A stretch of 39,046 nucleotides of DNA from a virus (taxonomy: Duplodnaviria; Heunggongvirae; Uroviricota; Caudoviricetes), in IMG/VR virus record IMGVR_UViG_2579778894_000027, one strand, 5' to 3'. The position numbers were made by a program, and so were the translations under genes. Positions 1 to 7,572 of this stretch are shown here, piece by piece. Numbering within the stretch: position 1 is the stretch's first letter; each line of letters begins with the position of its first letter. The notes below the pieces were generated by a model that was not told the DNA's origin, made no database searches, and saw only the letters and a list, made by a program, of their open reading frames with translations.

Positions 1-348
1 TTATATGCGGATTCCAGCGCGTTCCGTTCGTTTCGGGTGCTTCCAGTTGATACCTTCAAGAAGCATGGATAACTGAGCCGGAGTAAGGTGCACCTTGCCG
101 TCACGGGTGACTGGCCAGACGAAGCGGCCCCGCTCCAGGCGTTTGGTGAAGAGGCACAGTCCGTCACTGTCAGCCCACAGCACTTTTATCTGGTCACCCC
201 GGCGTCCGCGGAAGATGAACAGATGCCCGGAGAACGGGTCATCCTTCAGGACGTTCTGAACTTTTGAGGCCAGGCCGTTAAAGCCATTTCGCATATCGGT
301 GATACCGGCAACCAGCCAGATACGCGAACCGGCAGGGAGAGATATCAT
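1..348 (-). CDS. IS66-family TnpB (Orf2) accessory protein
   Basis: 115-aa translation MISLPAGSRIWLVAGITDMRNGFNGLASKV...VLWADSDGLCLFTKRLERGRFVWP matches the conserved IS66 Orf2 family by recall. Confidence 0.8.
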   Translation of the reverse strand: MISLPAGSRIWLVAGITDMRNGFNGLASKVQNVLKDDPFSGHLFIFRGRRGDQIKVLWADSDGLCLFTKRLERGRFVWPVTRDGKVHLTPAQLSMLLEGINWKHPKRTERAGIRI

Positions 349-998
349 CAGTGGCTGCTCCCTTTCATTTCGCGGATAAGTGTCTGTAATAACGCCGGTG
401 TCAGTTCACCTTTCAGCCTGAGAGTTCCGGCCGGCAGAACCAGCTCGCAGCACAGACTGTCTGGCAGTGTATTTATCTGTTCAGGTATCTGCACTGGTGC
501 CGGGATTTTATTATCCGGCTCCGGCGTTAACGTCACGGGAAGTAGCGATGTTTCATGTTCGCCGGGCGGCTGCAGGCCGCCGTTACGCCAGAGATGCCGC
601 CAGTTAAAGAGCAGGTTATCGTTGATTCCGTTCTCGCGAGCTATTTGTGCGACACAGGCACCGGGTAAAAGAGTTTGCTGAACAAGCCTCCATTTAAACT
701 CCGGTGAAAATCGGTTCCGGCGGATTTTCTCTGTTTTCACAGGCTGAGTCACTGTCGGGGCTGAAGGATATCGCCCAGGGAAAAGAGCCCGGGCCAGTTG
801 CATGCAGGAATATTCACCGGAAAGAGGCCAGTCAGCGAATATCTGGTGAAATCGCCTCACCAGAGAAAAAATGGCGGTTTTGCTGACACCGGTCTGCGCA
901 GAAATGCGCGGGTACGACAGTGACTCGTCAAATCTCAGTTGTAGCACACGCAGGATCAATTCCGGATTATCTGCCAGTACCGCCTTTCGTGCATTCAT
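348..998 (-). CDS. IS66-family TnpA-like accessory protein (HTH)
   Basis: 216-aa ORF immediately upstream of and translationally coupled to the TnpB-like ORF; C-terminal half (RRNRFSPEFKWRLVQQTLLPGACVAQIARENGINDNLLFNWR) resembles IS66 Orf1 HTH proteins. Start codon uncertain. Confidence 0.6.
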   Translation of the reverse strand: MNARKAVLADNPELILRVLQLRFDESLSYPRISAQTGVSKTAIFSLVRRFHQIFADWPLSGEYSCMQLARALFPGRYPSAPTVTQPVKTEKIRRNRFSPEFKWRLVQQTLLPGACVAQIARENGINDNLLFNWRHLWRNGGLQPPGEHETSLLPVTLTPEPDNKIPAPVQIPEQINTLPDSLCCELVLPAGTLRLKGELTPALLQTLIREMKGSSH

Positions 999-1083
999 CT
1001 TAAATGTCCTTTTACTGCGAAAATGGACATTAGTATCGGAAACAGGGAAGGGAGGCGAAAGACGGTTTAAATGATGCGCTTAC

Positions 1084-1190
1084 AGGTGGTTTCACGACAC
1101 TGCTTATTGCTTTGATTTTATTCTTATCTTTCCCATGGTACCCGGAGCGGGACTTGAACCCGCACAGCGCGAACGCCGAGGGATTTTAAA
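1084..1190. repeat. attL: 107-bp direct repeat identical to 37992-38098, containing a copy of the 3' end of tRNA-Leu
   Basis: Sequence aggtggtttcacgacactgc...gaacgccgagggattttaaa read identically at both positions; contains the tRNA 3' end tggtacccggagcgggacttgaacccgc on the minus strand. Confidence 0.85.
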
Positions 1191-1296
1191 AACTATCAAC
1201 CACCATTTATAAATCATAACCTTATGATTTTATTAACTTTGAAAATGGCTCTATACAACGCCATTTGAATCTATTGTCACTTTTTATCGCCACTTT

Positions 1297-2298
1297 TTAC
1301 CCTCTATTGTCAAAAGGGTTCAATTCAACAGCAGCCTCTAAATGACCTGGAGCAAAATGCGCATAACGCATAGTCATTTTTATATCGCTATGCCCCAGTA
1401 TTTTTTGCAACACAAGAATATTTCCGCCCCGCATCATAAAATGACTGGCAAACGTGTGACGTAGCACATGAGTTAATTGCCCATCAGGAAGCTCGATCTT
1501 CGCTCTCTTAATTGCAGCGTCAAAAGCCTCATAACATGGTGAAAATAGCGCTCCTCGTTTTTTAGGAAGCATAGCTTGCAATTGAGGTGAAATCGGTACA
1601 GTGCGGTTCTTCTTTCCTTTAGTTTTAACAAATGTGATTCGACCGGGCAGTACTTGAGATTGCTTTAATCCTTCTGCTTCACTCCACCGAGCACCAGTCG
1701 CAAGCCCAATACGGACAACAACCCCCAAATCTTTATTCCGTGACTCATCACACGCAATCAGAAGGCGTTCAATCTCATCTACATACAGAAACGCCAGTTC
1801 CTTTTCTTCCTCACGAAACTTGCGAATACCAGTCAGGGGGTTTTCACCAGACCACTCTCCAAGGCGCTTCAGTTCGGCAAAAACAGCATGTAGATATGAC
1901 TGCTCGCGATTAACGGTTGCTTCACTAAGTTTTTTCTTCCCCTTGGGATTCCATTCTCCTGATAGCCTTCTTTCCCGATAAGTAGCAAACATATTTTTGT
2001 CAAACTGAGAAGCAAATGGATCTCCCAGCCTGGAACAAATCGCCTCAAGTTTGACTTTGCGCTCTGCACCAGAGGACAAGGTTTTACCGTACATCTCAAA
2101 CCAACGAGCAATCAACTCAGAAAGACGAGGACCAGAACCATCTTGAAACTCGTCTCCAACTCTACTATTCATTAAACGGCGCTCATAAGAGAGCGCCTCA
2201 CTTTTTGTCGCAAACTGTTTACGAATGCGTTTTCCCGATGCCCCGTAGGGATAACATTCGCAAAGCCATTTACCTGATGGAATCTTACGAACCGACAT
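1297..2298 (-). CDS. int: Tyrosine recombinase (phage integrase)
   Basis: 333 aa; C-terminal catalytic region HVLRHTFASHFMMRGGNILVLQKILGHSDIKMTMRYAHF (R..H..R..Y signature); adjacent to att repeat. Confidence 0.9.
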   Translation of the reverse strand: MSVRKIPSGKWLCECYPYGASGKRIRKQFATKSEALSYERRLMNSRVGDEFQDGSGPRLSELIARWFEMYGKTLSSGAERKVKLEAICSRLGDPFASQFDKNMFATYRERRLSGEWNPKGKKKLSEATVNREQSYLHAVFAELKRLGEWSGENPLTGIRKFREEEKELAFLYVDEIERLLIACDESRNKDLGVVVRIGLATGARWSEAEGLKQSQVLPGRITFVKTKGKKNRTVPISPQLQAMLPKKRGALFSPCYEAFDAAIKRAKIELPDGQLTHVLRHTFASHFMMRGGNILVLQKILGHSDIKMTMRYAHFAPGHLEAAVELNPFDNRG

Positions 2299-2303
2299 TT
2301 TAG

Positions 2304-2651
2304 TTACTTATCACATAAATCAAATGCAGCCTTAGTGACATCCCCCAGACTCTTTTTTAACCCTGGGGCGGCATCATTATCTAGCCAAAATGGATTATTG
2401 TTATCTAACGGTAACGCACCAAATGTTTTACCTTTTATTCGAGCCAAACCTGTAAGTGCATATAACTTATTATCGTCAAAATTCATCACATAAGGATTAC
2501 CATCAAGACACTGTAATTGAACCTCATCAGTATTAAATGGCCATACCCCATTGAAACTCTCACGTTCAATAGTTTTAAAAGGCATTGCGACGGCGGAAAA
2601 AGAAAACATAGATAAAAAAGTAACTAATAGTTGAACCTTTTTTACTTTCAT
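2304..2651 (-). CDS. Secreted/periplasmic small protein (signal peptide; possibly YebY/DUF2511-like), accessory
   Basis: 115 aa; N-terminal signal peptide MKVKKVQLLVTFLSMFSFSAVA; two Cys (one near C-terminus); SD gaggt upstream; 6-nt gap to int, so co-operonic. Confidence 0.6.
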   Translation of the reverse strand: MKVKKVQLLVTFLSMFSFSAVAMPFKTIERESFNGVWPFNTDEVQLQCLDGNPYVMNFDDNKLYALTGLARIKGKTFGALPLDNNNPFWLDNDAAPGLKKSLGDVTKAAFDLCDK

Positions 2652-2680
2652 ATCATTACCTCAATTTAGCTCAAGTAAGA

Positions 2681-3331
2681 TTACAAATTAAAAAACGCCC
2701 TAGAAATGACACCGCCTACCAAAACCCCTACGCAGATAAAGAATATTATTTCTTTTGGATAAAGTCGGATTAATTCTGAAGCACGAAGTCGGACTTCTGG
2801 TAAGGTCGAACTCTCTGTGTGGCTTGATGCCGATTGTTGCTCTAACCACGACAATGCAGACTGTAACTGAGAACGAGTAAGATCGTTTAAACGTCCTGTA
2901 CCGAAATTGATATGGCAATACCGCAGAAGTTTTTGTCGAAGTCCACAGTCTTCACTGTTACGTAGTAATAAACTTACAAGAGCCTTACAGGCATCATGAT
3001 CTTTACATCGCTCAAGCATTGCATGCAGAAAACTCTCCGCTGTTTTATATTGATTTACTGTCATATCATCAATACCAGCTACACCAATCTCCGCATGTAC
3101 TTTTTGCCAAATAATAAACGCTTCAGTATTGCTAGCTTCTGCAATAGCAGCAACCAAGCTATTTAGCTCCTTACGCTGAGCCTTAAGCAAAGGGCGATCG
3201 TCATCATCATTATTCGAAGGGATTGCGATATTGACGGTATGAGAACCATCATATCGCTCTATCTGAATATTCTTTTCGTGAAAATCACGCCCAGCAACGC
3301 GATTGTTTGAACCGTTTGAGTTGACGGCCAT
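2681..3331 (-). CDS. Tail-anchored membrane protein of unknown function (accessory gene in repressor-int operon)
   Basis: 216 aa, hydrophilic N-terminal domain and single C-terminal hydrophobic helix IIFFICVGVLVGGVISRAFF; strong SD gggaggtg 5 nt upstream of ATG; N-terminus shares a motif with the C-terminus of the upstream HTH protein. Confidence 0.6.
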   Translation of the reverse strand: MAVNSNGSNNRVAGRDFHEKNIQIERYDGSHTVNIAIPSNNDDDDRPLLKAQRKELNSLVAAIAEASNTEAFIIWQKVHAEIGVAGIDDMTVNQYKTAESFLHAMLERCKDHDACKALVSLLLRNSEDCGLRQKLLRYCHINFGTGRLNDLTRSQLQSALSWLEQQSASSHTESSTLPEVRLRASELIRLYPKEIIFFICVGVLVGGVISRAFFNL

Positions 3332-3346
3332 GTCACCTCCCTACTA

Positions 3347-3751
3347 TCACCTACCCTTAGTTTCGTTATAGTCACGACCAGCGATACGGTTATTACCACC
3401 AGAAATATTTAACTCACGTCCTGATGGCTGAGTTTCCTTTTCACTGATCGCACCTTTTAAAGCCCCAATCACCGCGTTTTTCACATCTAACGAAGCTGCT
3501 CGAAAGCGAGTAACCAATTCCTGCTCATCATCGTTATAAGTTTCAGGTGAGTGAATTCCCAACACAACATACTGAACATCAAGGCCAAAACGAGACAGCG
3601 CTGCCAAATACGCAGCATCAGGAAAGCTATCTCCTTTCTCATATCTAAGCTGAGTTAGCTTTTTGACTCCACCAATGTCGCTCATGGCAACTTGACTAAG
3701 TCCCAATCTTTCCCTTTCCTCACGCAACCGCTGACCAATATCATTTTTCAT
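3347..3751 (-). CDS. XRE-family HTH repressor (putative prophage immunity repressor, P2 C / 186 CI analogue)
   Basis: HTH segment IGQRLREERERLGLSQVAMSDIGGVKKLTQLRYEKG; divergent from RHH/Cox-like genes; start taken at internal ATG 3751 (MKNDIG...) because the upstream GTG at 3826 would overlap the divergent gene start. Confidence 0.65.
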   Translation of the reverse strand: MKNDIGQRLREERERLGLSQVAMSDIGGVKKLTQLRYEKGDSFPDAAYLAALSRFGLDVQYVVLGIHSPETYNDDEQELVTRFRAASLDVKNAVIGALKGAISEKETQPSGRELNISGGNNRIAGRDYNETKGR

Positions 3752-3827
3752 ACAAAAAACCTTGACGGGTATCTTTTTTGATACCAAAATGATTTCACGA
3801 GCTATTAGATGATCACAATATACCACT
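3752..3827. promoter_or_regulatory. Divergent early/lysogeny promoter-operator region
   Basis: 76-bp intergenic gap between divergent repressor and RHH genes; contains ttgacg -35-like hexamer and palindrome ggtatc-tttttt-gatacc (about 3769-3786). Confidence 0.45.
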
Positions 3828-4034
3828 ATGAAACAAGTTCTTCACGATACCAGATCACGCATTCCGCGTAACACCGCCACAGGTCCAAGACTGGCACTTC
3901 GGCTGTCCCTCGAGGAGCGAGCCGTCATTGATGAAATGGCAGCTAAAGAACAACGCTCATCCTCTAACATGGCGCGCATGATCTTCCTTCGCGGCCTAGA
4001 GCTAACCCAGAAAGAACAAAACAAATCTTCCTGA
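3828..4034 (+). CDS. Ribbon-helix-helix (Arc/CopG-like) small regulator, first gene of early operon (Cro analogue?)
   Basis: 68 aa; PRLALRLSLEERAVIDEMAAKEQRSSSNMARMIFLRGLE fits beta-strand plus two helices RHH pattern. Confidence 0.55.
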   Translation: MKQVLHDTRSRIPRNTATGPRLALRLSLEERAVIDEMAAKEQRSSSNMARMIFLRGLELTQKEQNKSS

Positions 4035-4050
4035 TCAGGAGGCTAGTGGG

Positions 4051-4254
4051 ATGTCAGGTATAACCATCAATATCAATGTGAATGCCCCCTATGTATCCCT
4101 GCAGAAATATGCAGAGATAACAGGTATCCCTCTTAATACATGCAAAAAGATGTTGGCTGACGGTCGAATTATTATCCGCCCCAAACGCGCCAAAATGGAA
4201 AAGCCTGAAGTAAACCTTGTGGCGATGTTAAAAGACGCTTTGGCTAACAGCTAA
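4051..4254 (+). CDS. Cox/Apl/AlpA-like excisionase-type HTH protein
   Basis: 67 aa; YVSLQKYAEITGIPLNTCKKMLADGRI HTH; AGGAGG SD upstream; position equals P2 cox / 186 apl. Confidence 0.5.
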   Translation: MSGITININVNAPYVSLQKYAEITGIPLNTCKKMLADGRIIIRPKRAKMEKPEVNLVAMLKDALANS

Positions 4255-4275
4255 AACAATGAACAGAGCACCATC

Positions 4276-4626
4276 ATGAAAAAAAACGCTAATAATCCAT
4301 ACTCCAAATTTCGTAATGGCGTAGAACGCCATGTACACCACGTCGCTACCAGTGCATCACATAGTAACAGTCGCTATAACCTGAACGAGACGCACGCAAC
4401 ACCGGATGGCCACGCTGTAAAACAAATCGGCGAACATGCCTGGCTGATTGAGAAAGCTGGAATCGTGGTCCACAAATGCCCACGCAATCCGTTTACCGGA
4501 AACCGCATTTTTGCATTGAACTGCGGCGACAATCACTTCGGGCAGGATTTCACATTATACGAAGCACTTCGCACGGTTGATCGTCTGCTTCGCGGGCAAA
4601 GTTTTATTAAACAGGCTGATTTTTAA
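4276..4626 (+). CDS. Hypothetical early protein
   Basis: 116-aa ORF in early-operon orientation; no recognisable motif. Confidence 0.4.
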   Translation: MKKNANNPYSKFRNGVERHVHHVATSASHSNSRYNLNETHATPDGHAVKQIGEHAWLIEKAGIVVHKCPRNPFTGNRIFALNCGDNHFGQDFTLYEALRTVDRLLRGQSFIKQADF

Positions 4627-4636
4627 TAGGTGCTTT

Positions 4637-4915
4637 ATGACCAAAGAGCATGCACAAGGTGTATTTATCCGTTTTATTGATTTTCGCGGTGAACTGTTAT
4701 TACGCGCATCAGCCATTGACGGAGTTGTTCCATCCGAAAAAAACGCAGCTACTTACGTTTATCTGAACGGTACGCGCCTGACTGTGGAGCTTCCGTACCA
4801 GACCGTACGAGAAATCATTAGCGAAGCTGAAAAGGCACGTCAGGTTAATGGCGATGAACCCTATATCGAAATTATTTGTATGGATTCAGAAGCTGAAATT
4901 CAGAAAGCAGATTAA
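4637..4915 (+). CDS. Hypothetical early protein
   Basis: Start moved to ATG 4637 (MTKEHAQGVF...) to avoid overlap with previous ORF; 92 aa. Confidence 0.45.
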   Translation: MTKEHAQGVFIRFIDFRGELLLRASAIDGVVPSEKNAATYVYLNGTRLTVELPYQTVREIISEAEKARQVNGDEPYIEIICMDSEAEIQKAD

Positions 4916-4926
4916 AGGGCGTTGCG

Positions 4927-5169
4927 ATGGGCAAAGAATATAAAACTCTCATTAACAAAGCACTTGAACGATTTTATTTTCGCTTAAGTGCATCAGGCGC
5001 TCATGCTGAACATGCAGCCCGTGACTCATTGACCAGGGCAATCCGGAGTTTGTATGACGTTGCTTTTTACGCTGATGATCTGGATGCACTTAACGAACTT
5101 TCCGAGCTGATCTGTGCCGCAGAATGCGGGGAACACATTGAACCATATAAGCTGGGGAATATCGCATGA
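4927..5169 (+). CDS. Hypothetical early protein
   Basis: 80-aa ORF, acidic helical composition. Confidence 0.45.
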   Translation: MGKEYKTLINKALERFYFRLSASGAHAEHAARDSLTRAIRSLYDVAFYADDLDALNELSELICAAECGEHIEPYKLGNIA

Positions 5170-5371
5170 GTATATTTATCTCATGGCTTGTTCTGATTAT
5201 TTCGGTGGCCTGCGCCATTGGGATTATGCGAATTATTCATTCAGTAAAAAAGATTGAACGCTTTTTCACTGACAAATAACAGCTTAAACAAAACACCAGA
5301 TTAAACCCGAAAACCTGAAAACTATCCGCATTCGCGGAGGTATTCGCACACGTAAATAACGGAGATATAAA

Positions 5372-5788
5372 ATGAACGCAAAAGAAAAAAACATTATCAA
5401 TACATTAAAAATAGTGTCAGCAGAGCAAGACAAGCTGTCCAGGGCAGCCCAGAAAGATAATCAACATATGGCAGCGCTTTACGCACTGACCATCGCAATA
5501 GCCACCTCTGAAGCAGCCAAAGTTATTGAGGAACAGAGCAAAGAAATCGACACTCTTAAAACACAGTCAACAGTTGCAGCCATGAATCCGTCCAGCATTG
5601 GACGCTGCATTTATATTCTTGGTTCAGCAATGATGCCGCAATACACCATTATTGCCGAACTGCACGGCAAATACCTGATAACGCCTTACCACACAAAAGA
5701 GTCAGAGCTTCTGACAAATCTCCGCCTGATAGAACGCTCTCAAGCTGTATTCATTGATGACGCGCAACGTGCCGTATTTAACGCATAG
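5372..5788 (+). CDS. Hypothetical early protein
   Basis: 138-aa ORF with SD acggag upstream. Confidence 0.5.
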   Translation: MNAKEKNIINTLKIVSAEQDKLSRAAQKDNQHMAALYALTIAIATSEAAKVIEEQSKEIDTLKTQSTVAAMNPSSIGRCIYILGSAMMPQYTIIAELHGKYLITPYHTKESELLTNLRLIERSQAVFIDDAQRAVFNA

Positions 5789-5811
5789 GGTTACTGGACA
5801 AAGGGGGCGCA

Positions 5812-6015
5812 ATGGCAATTAAGCATTTTCCCGTCGTTCGCTTTACCTCCAGAGGGCGCGAATACGAGGTCGACGAACGCCTGATTACCACTATCGACAA
5901 ACATCGCTCGGAAAAGGATGCACACCACATCTACCTCACTGACGGCACTTACTTCTGCGCCACCAACGTGGCGCGAGTAAATCTTATCCGACAGGTACAG
6001 GAGCCACGCAGATGA
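5812..6015 (+). CDS. Hypothetical early protein
   Basis: 67-aa ORF, translationally coupled to next ORF (overlap at 6012-6015). Confidence 0.45.
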   Translation: MAIKHFPVVRFTSRGREYEVDERLITTIDKHRSEKDAHHIYLTDGTYFCATNVARVNLIRQVQEPRR

Positions 6016-6278
6016 CCATTCTGGACTACATCGCTACTCATCCGGGGTGTAGCGGCGGAGAGATCGCCGCAGCACTGAATACCCCAACCACAGCCATTAA
6101 TGCTGAGTTACGCCGACTTTGGCGCGGCGGCTTAGTCATCAGAACAAACCGCAGCACAGGTGGTCGCGCTCGCAAAACAGGAGGCCAGGCTTCTTACCAC
6201 GTAAACCCGATGCCGTTCGGGTGTAGCAATCCACTTACTCACATGTTTAACCAGCTACTGAAGGAAGCCAGAGCATGA
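6012..6278 (+). CDS. Putative winged-helix DNA-binding protein
   Basis: 88 aa; MTILDYIATHPGCSGGEIAAALNTPTTAINAELRRLWRGGLVIR resembles wHTH regulators. Confidence 0.5.
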   Translation: MTILDYIATHPGCSGGEIAAALNTPTTAINAELRRLWRGGLVIRTNRSTGGRARKTGGQASYHVNPMPFGCSNPLTHMFNQLLKEARA

Positions 6279-7204
6279 GCACCATCAACCACCAGAAGCT
6301 ACGCGAACTGGCATTTGCCCTGCAACGAATGGCAACGCCTCAAAAATTACTGGCATTTCGCGCAATGCTCTCGCCGTCTGCTGTGCTGGCACTGCTGGAT
6401 GAGCTGGAGCACGCCAGAACCACGGCTCCTGCCATTCGCCTCACGCTCCATCATGAAATCGCTGATTTCTGCGCGACGTTGGAGGCGCCGGGCGAACCGG
6501 AAACGCCGGAAGCAATACAGCAAGAGCTGCTGCAACGCATTGACAAGGTTTTTGATTTTTTTTCTGAACCAGTAAGAAACCAGAACATGCACACACAAAA
6601 AAACCGCTTGCCATGCCTCAATCGGTCAGGTTACATTTCCGCTGCACCTCATAAAACGGGTGCCGGGATTCTCAACCCGATACAGAGCAAAGCGCATAAC
6701 CGCGCAAGCGGTTTTTTTGTGCGTACTGTATTGCCACGTCTTTTTCGCGTCAGAATTATGGCGGGGCGTACGGGGCCGACTTCGGTCGGGCCGGATTCTT
6801 TGCTCTCCGGTGTTGAGAACCCTGTACGTCTCGCCACCCCGAGATTCTCAACTCTGGATGGTGAGTTATTTCTATCACCGAGCAAAGAGGCCACACCATG
6901 GCAGACCGCAAACAGCACCGCGCTATCGCGGAGCGTCGTCACATCCAGACTGAAATCAACCGCAGACTTTCCCGCGCATCACGCGTCGCGCAAATCATGC
7001 ACATCAATATGCTGCATGAGCGCAGCCACGCACTATCAAACATTTATTCCGCCTCTGTTTTCAGCTATCTGGCGGATGATCTGCACGAGCTTCAACAGCT
7101 CATCCAGCAGCAAAACAAACTCCATTAATTCCTGTTCCGGGCCTTTCCTGCACCTTGCGGCGGGAGGCCTTCGCACATCTGTAACAAGAGGATTGCCGCA
7201 ATGA
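6275..7204 (+). CDS. Early-region ORF; only the N-terminal ~100 aa look protein-like, probable frameshifted/over-extended ORF
   Basis: Frame is open to 7204 but composition after about 6575 is Ser/Cys-rich junk and overlaps a better ORF (6898-7128); a T8 tract at 6556-6563 sits where +/-1 nt would give a stop within 1-5 codons. Confidence 0.3.
   Translation: MSTINHQKLRELAFALQRMATPQKLLAFRAMLSPSAVLALLDELEHARTTAPAIRLTLHHEIADFCATLEAPGEPETPEAIQQELLQRIDKVFDFFSEPVRNQNMHTQKNRLPCLNRSGYISAAPHKTGAGILNPIQSKAHNRASGFFVRTVLPRLFRVRIMAGRTGPTSVGPDSLLSGVENPVRLATPRFSTLDGELFLSPSKEATPWQTANSTALSRSVVTSRLKSTADFPAHHASRKSCTSICCMSAATHYQTFIPPLFSAIWRMICTSFNSSSSSKTNSINSCSGPFLHLAAGGLRTSVTRGLPQ
6898..7128 (+). CDS. Hypothetical small early protein
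   Basis: 76 aa, charged/helical composition, SD agagg upstream of ATG. Confidence 0.45.
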   Translation: MADRKQHRAIAERRHIQTEINRRLSRASRVAQIMHINMLHERSHALSNIYSASVFSYLADDLHELQQLIQQQNKLH

Positions 7205-7566
7205 TTCTCGCCAATGACTTTCTTGAATACCTGCTCAACACAGAGCGTGATCTTGCCGCTCGCGTGCGTGATCGTTATGACATGTACCTGAAATCCCTGC
7301 CTGTACCGCAGCTCGCTGACGGAAAGATTGTTATTGATGGTCGCTACATGATTGACAGCCACGAGGGAAATTACAGGCTTTACCGCATTGAAGGTGGCAC
7401 CCCGTCCGTTATTGGCATTTACCAGCGCCCATCCTCTGCAATCGTCGATGTGATTGCCGACAGCATCCGCATCACACATCGCCATGCCGACACAGAAGAC
7501 ACCGTGCTGGAAATTCAGCGGCTGGCTACAGTCTGCCGCGACACCCTGAATGGCATGACGAAGTAA
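7201..7566 (+). CDS. Hypothetical early protein preceding replication gene
   Basis: 121-aa ORF, ATGA-coupled to upstream frame. Confidence 0.5.
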   Translation: MILANDFLEYLLNTERDLAARVRDRYDMYLKSLPVPQLADGKIVIDGRYMIDSHEGNYRLYRIEGGTPSVIGIYQRPSSAIVDVIADSIRITHRHADTEDTVLEIQRLATVCRDTLNGMTK

Positions 7567-7572
7567 ATCACT

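Larger units (their letters stand above)
1..1083 (-). mobile_element. IS66-family insertion sequence, partial (continues beyond window start); inner end abuts the prophage attL repeat
   Basis: Two overlapping minus-strand ORFs typical of IS66 tnpA/tnpB with ATGA start/stop overlap at 345-350; the third (transposase) ORF would lie left of the window. Terminal sequence near 1071-1083 (gatgcgcttac, reverse complement gtaagcgcatc) resembles an IS66-type end. Confidence 0.7.

Noticed and set aside
3347-3826. Longer version of the repressor ORF starting at 3826
   Set aside because: The extended start is a GTG that would overlap the divergent RHH gene start at 3828 and add a non-conserved-looking leader; internal ATG at 3751 preferred.
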